Shown: positions 61,747-64,000 of the stretch, in pieces | Layout: every line of letters begins with the position of its first letter | Position numbering within the stretch: the stretch's first letter is position 1 | Origin: a virus | Length of the DNA: 64,000 bases | IMG/VR virus record: IMGVR_UViG_3300030114_000522 | Reading direction: 5' to 3' (one strand) | The notes under the pieces: model-generated | Told to the model about the DNA's origin: nothing | Seen by the model: only the letters and a program-made list of their open reading frames with translations | Database searches by the model: none | Program-made: the position numbers and the translations under genes

Positions 61747-62328
61747 GTGTTAAAAATGAAAAAATTAAATTTAAAAATCGGTGAAAAATATACAGTACTA
61801 GAAACTATGGACTTATTACCAACTAGAATTTATGGAACTCTAAAAGGTTATTATTATAGTGATTATGCACAACATAAAAATGCTTTATATATTTATATAC
61901 AAAGACCAAGGTATAAAAAAGTAAACAGAATAGTATTAACAACAGATACGTTTTATATTTTCAAAGGAGAATTTAAAGAGTGTTGGAACAAAGAAGAAAA
62001 TTTTAATGGTAATGCAAGAATGACAGAACTAAAAAGATTTACATATGACAATTTAAAAGACAATGAAAATTTAGTATATAGTTTTCAAGGTAGAATAGAT
62101 ACATTTAGCATCAATAACGACTTTGAGGGACTAATAGACAATACGGGAGACTTTATATATAACAACGGTATAAAGGTAAAAGAAGCATCTGAGAATGATA
62201 GTTATATTGATTATATTAGAACTTTATTAACTAGATGCAATGTCAACGACTTATTAAATTATATTAAATTAGAAGGTTATACACTACTAGAAAACAGTAT
62301 TAATAAGGCAGTAAAATATAACTGGTAA
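61747..62328 (+). CDS. Hypothetical protein
   Basis: 193 aa, AAGGAG RBS. Confidence 0.7.
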   Translation: MLKMKKLNLKIGEKYTVLETMDLLPTRIYGTLKGYYYSDYAQHKNALYIYIQRPRYKKVNRIVLTTDTFYIFKGEFKECWNKEENFNGNARMTELKRFTYDNLKDNENLVYSFQGRIDTFSINNDFEGLIDNTGDFIYNNGIKVKEASENDSYIDYIRTLLTRCNVNDLLNYIKLEGYTLLENSINKAVKYNW

Positions 62329-62476
62329 ATAATTTATATTGATATAGTTATCTAAAATAAGGTAGCTATATCAATATAAAAAACTAAAAAATATATTAAA
62401 TAAACACTTGACGGAATTTTAAAATCTATGTTATAATTAGATAACGAATTAAAACAATACTAAATATAAAATAAAG

Positions 62477-62956
62477 GTGGTTTTCAATATGAAAGTAAAT
62501 GAATTTTTAAATAAAATAGTAGAATCTTATAATAAGGAATTTCCAAATAGCAAAATAATTGCTCAACTACATAATAGCAGGGGAAAAAGTATATATATAA
62601 AATGTATGTTAGCAGGTAGTAAAGAAGAATTAAGTAACGGTTATATATATAATGATATGTTTTCAATAGTATTTTGGGGTCATAATTTACCAAATGATAT
62701 TACATTAGAAAGTGAAATTCCTGAAAATTTAATACTAGAGTGTAGCGAAAAAAGTTATGTAACAGTTCCAAACGATGTTTATATGTGCTATGGAAGAAGA
62801 AAGTTGAATTACAGAAAAACAACAGAAAGTGAAAAAATTATAAAATCATTAGATAACTTTTTCAAAAAATTAAAAATACAATTAAATGAGGATTTAGAAG
62901 AAAATAAAATACATGATAACTTCAAAGAATTATCAATAAACAAATTAAACAAATAG
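62477..62956 (+). CDS. Early-region hypothetical protein
   Basis: TTGACG..TATAAT promoter. Confidence 0.7.
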   Translation: MVFNMKVNEFLNKIVESYNKEFPNSKIIAQLHNSRGKSIYIKCMLAGSKEELSNGYIYNDMFSIVFWGHNLPNDITLESEIPENLILECSEKSYVTVPNDVYMCYGRRKLNYRKTTESEKIIKSLDNFFKKLKIQLNEDLEENKIHDNFKELSINKLNK

Positions 62957-63010
62957 AAAAATAAGGTTTGTGGTAATCCTTAAAACCACTAATAAAAAGG
63001 AGTTTTAAAA

Positions 63011-63445
63011 ATGAATAAATATTTAGAATTAAAAGAAAAACATTCAAAAGAGGTAAATATTTTTCCAATGATGTTTGCATTTAGTCAAAAACAATTTGAT
63101 GAGGGTATGGAGAAACTTGGATTAAATAAAGATGATACAAAGCAAATAGTTTCAATTGGTGCTGGAGGATTTATTAAAAAAACTGATTCCGAACTACTCG
63201 ATAAAATGTTTGAGGAACAAAGCAAAGAAAGAAAAGTAGCTATTGAGAATGATATTGACGGAACTAATTTCGTAAAAGATATGTTTAAATATGAATTAAA
63301 TAATCACGAATATTGCTATACTAGAGGCACTCAAGATACTTTAAATGCTTTAGGCTATACCATAGAGGAAATAAGAGCCGATAAGAAACTATTAAACGGT
63401 TTAAATCTAGCAATACAAGAGTGTAAAAATGAAGATAATGATTAA
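63011..63445 (+). CDS. Phage hypothetical protein
   Basis: 144 aa, AAGGAG RBS, terminator after stop. Confidence 0.7.
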   Translation: MNKYLELKEKHSKEVNIFPMMFAFSQKQFDEGMEKLGLNKDDTKQIVSIGAGGFIKKTDSELLDKMFEEQSKERKVAIENDIDGTNFVKDMFKYELNNHEYCYTRGTQDTLNALGYTIEEIRADKKLLNGLNLAIQECKNEDND

Positions 63446-63608
63446 ATTAATTATAGAGATAGCATAAAAAACTATCTCTTTCTTTATCTAAAAAACTATA
63501 AAATAAATTAGAGAAATAGTAAATATATATTGACATTATATCTATAAAATGATAATATTAAATTAATCCAATAACACATTAAAAAATAATTCAAAAGGTG
63601 GTAATGAT

Positions 63609-63782
63609 ATGGATACAATAAAAAATTTAACTGATATAGAATTAGTAAAAAAATATAAATTAGCTAGAGAAAACTTTTTAAATTCAATAGACGGAACACA
63701 AGAAGAGAAACAAACAGAAAATACATATTCTAAACTATCAGAAGAACTTAATAAAAGAAATTTAGATTTAAGAGATTTTTAA
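63609..63782 (+). CDS. Small hypothetical protein (57 aa)
   Basis: TTGACA promoter, AGGTGG RBS, open frame MDTIKNLTD... Confidence 0.6.
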   Translation: MDTIKNLTDIELVKKYKLARENFLNSIDGTQEEKQTENTYSKLSEELNKRNLDLRDF

Positions 63783-63827
63783 TATGTAAATACTATTAGA
63801 ATTAATAAAAGGGAGATAATACAATAA

Positions 63828-64000
63828 ATGCAATTATATGCAAATGAGATAGTTCAAACAATTAAAGTTTGTAAAGAAACTACTATAGCAATAATTAAAA
63901 GTAGATTAACAGATGAAGAAATTAATATGATTGGAATTTTTGCAGTAGAATATAAAAAATCAATAATATTTGGAACTACTCATGATGTTATATTCAATAA
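63828..64000 (+). CDS. Hypothetical protein (runs off the window edge)
   Basis: MQLYANEIVQ..., GGGAG RBS. Confidence 0.55.
   Translation, partial: MQLYANEIVQTIKVCKETTIAIIKSRLTDEEINMIGIFAVEYKKSIIFGTTHDVIFN

Overview
Very AT-rich segment of a large Clostridium-type temperate siphovirus that appears to be a phage-plasmid, with an SPbeta/c-st-like gene order. (i) 1.4-15 kb, minus strand: tail tube, head-tail, major capsid, decoration, protease/scaffold, portal and terminase genes. (ii) 15-37 kb, minus strand: GIY-YIG endonuclease, solo IS200/IS605 tnpB element, ClpP-like protease, metallophosphoesterase, beta-CASP ribonuclease, HU-like protein and a single-subunit YonO/RdRP-like RNA polymerase with an atypical DFDFD motif. 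This block also holds an essentially protein-free 1.7 kb stretch (23.63-25.31 kb) with tRNA-Tyr among several highly base-paired, GNRA-capped RNA domains, the best candidate for an undescribed system. (iii) 37.7-46.7 kb: Rep_3 initiator with iterons, tubY-tubC-tubR-tubZ partition locus, FtsK/replication-relaxation operon, and an IS607 whose transposase lacks its catalytic serine. (iv) 46.7-48.9 kb: non-coding region with an abrupt strand-composition switch. (v) 49.7-64 kb, plus strand: promoter-ORF-terminator cassettes sharing a leader motif, a probable type I toxin-antitoxin locus, and an HTH initiator-like gene followed by symmetric repeats and a helicase. All assignments come from motif reading and gene order; no database search was run.
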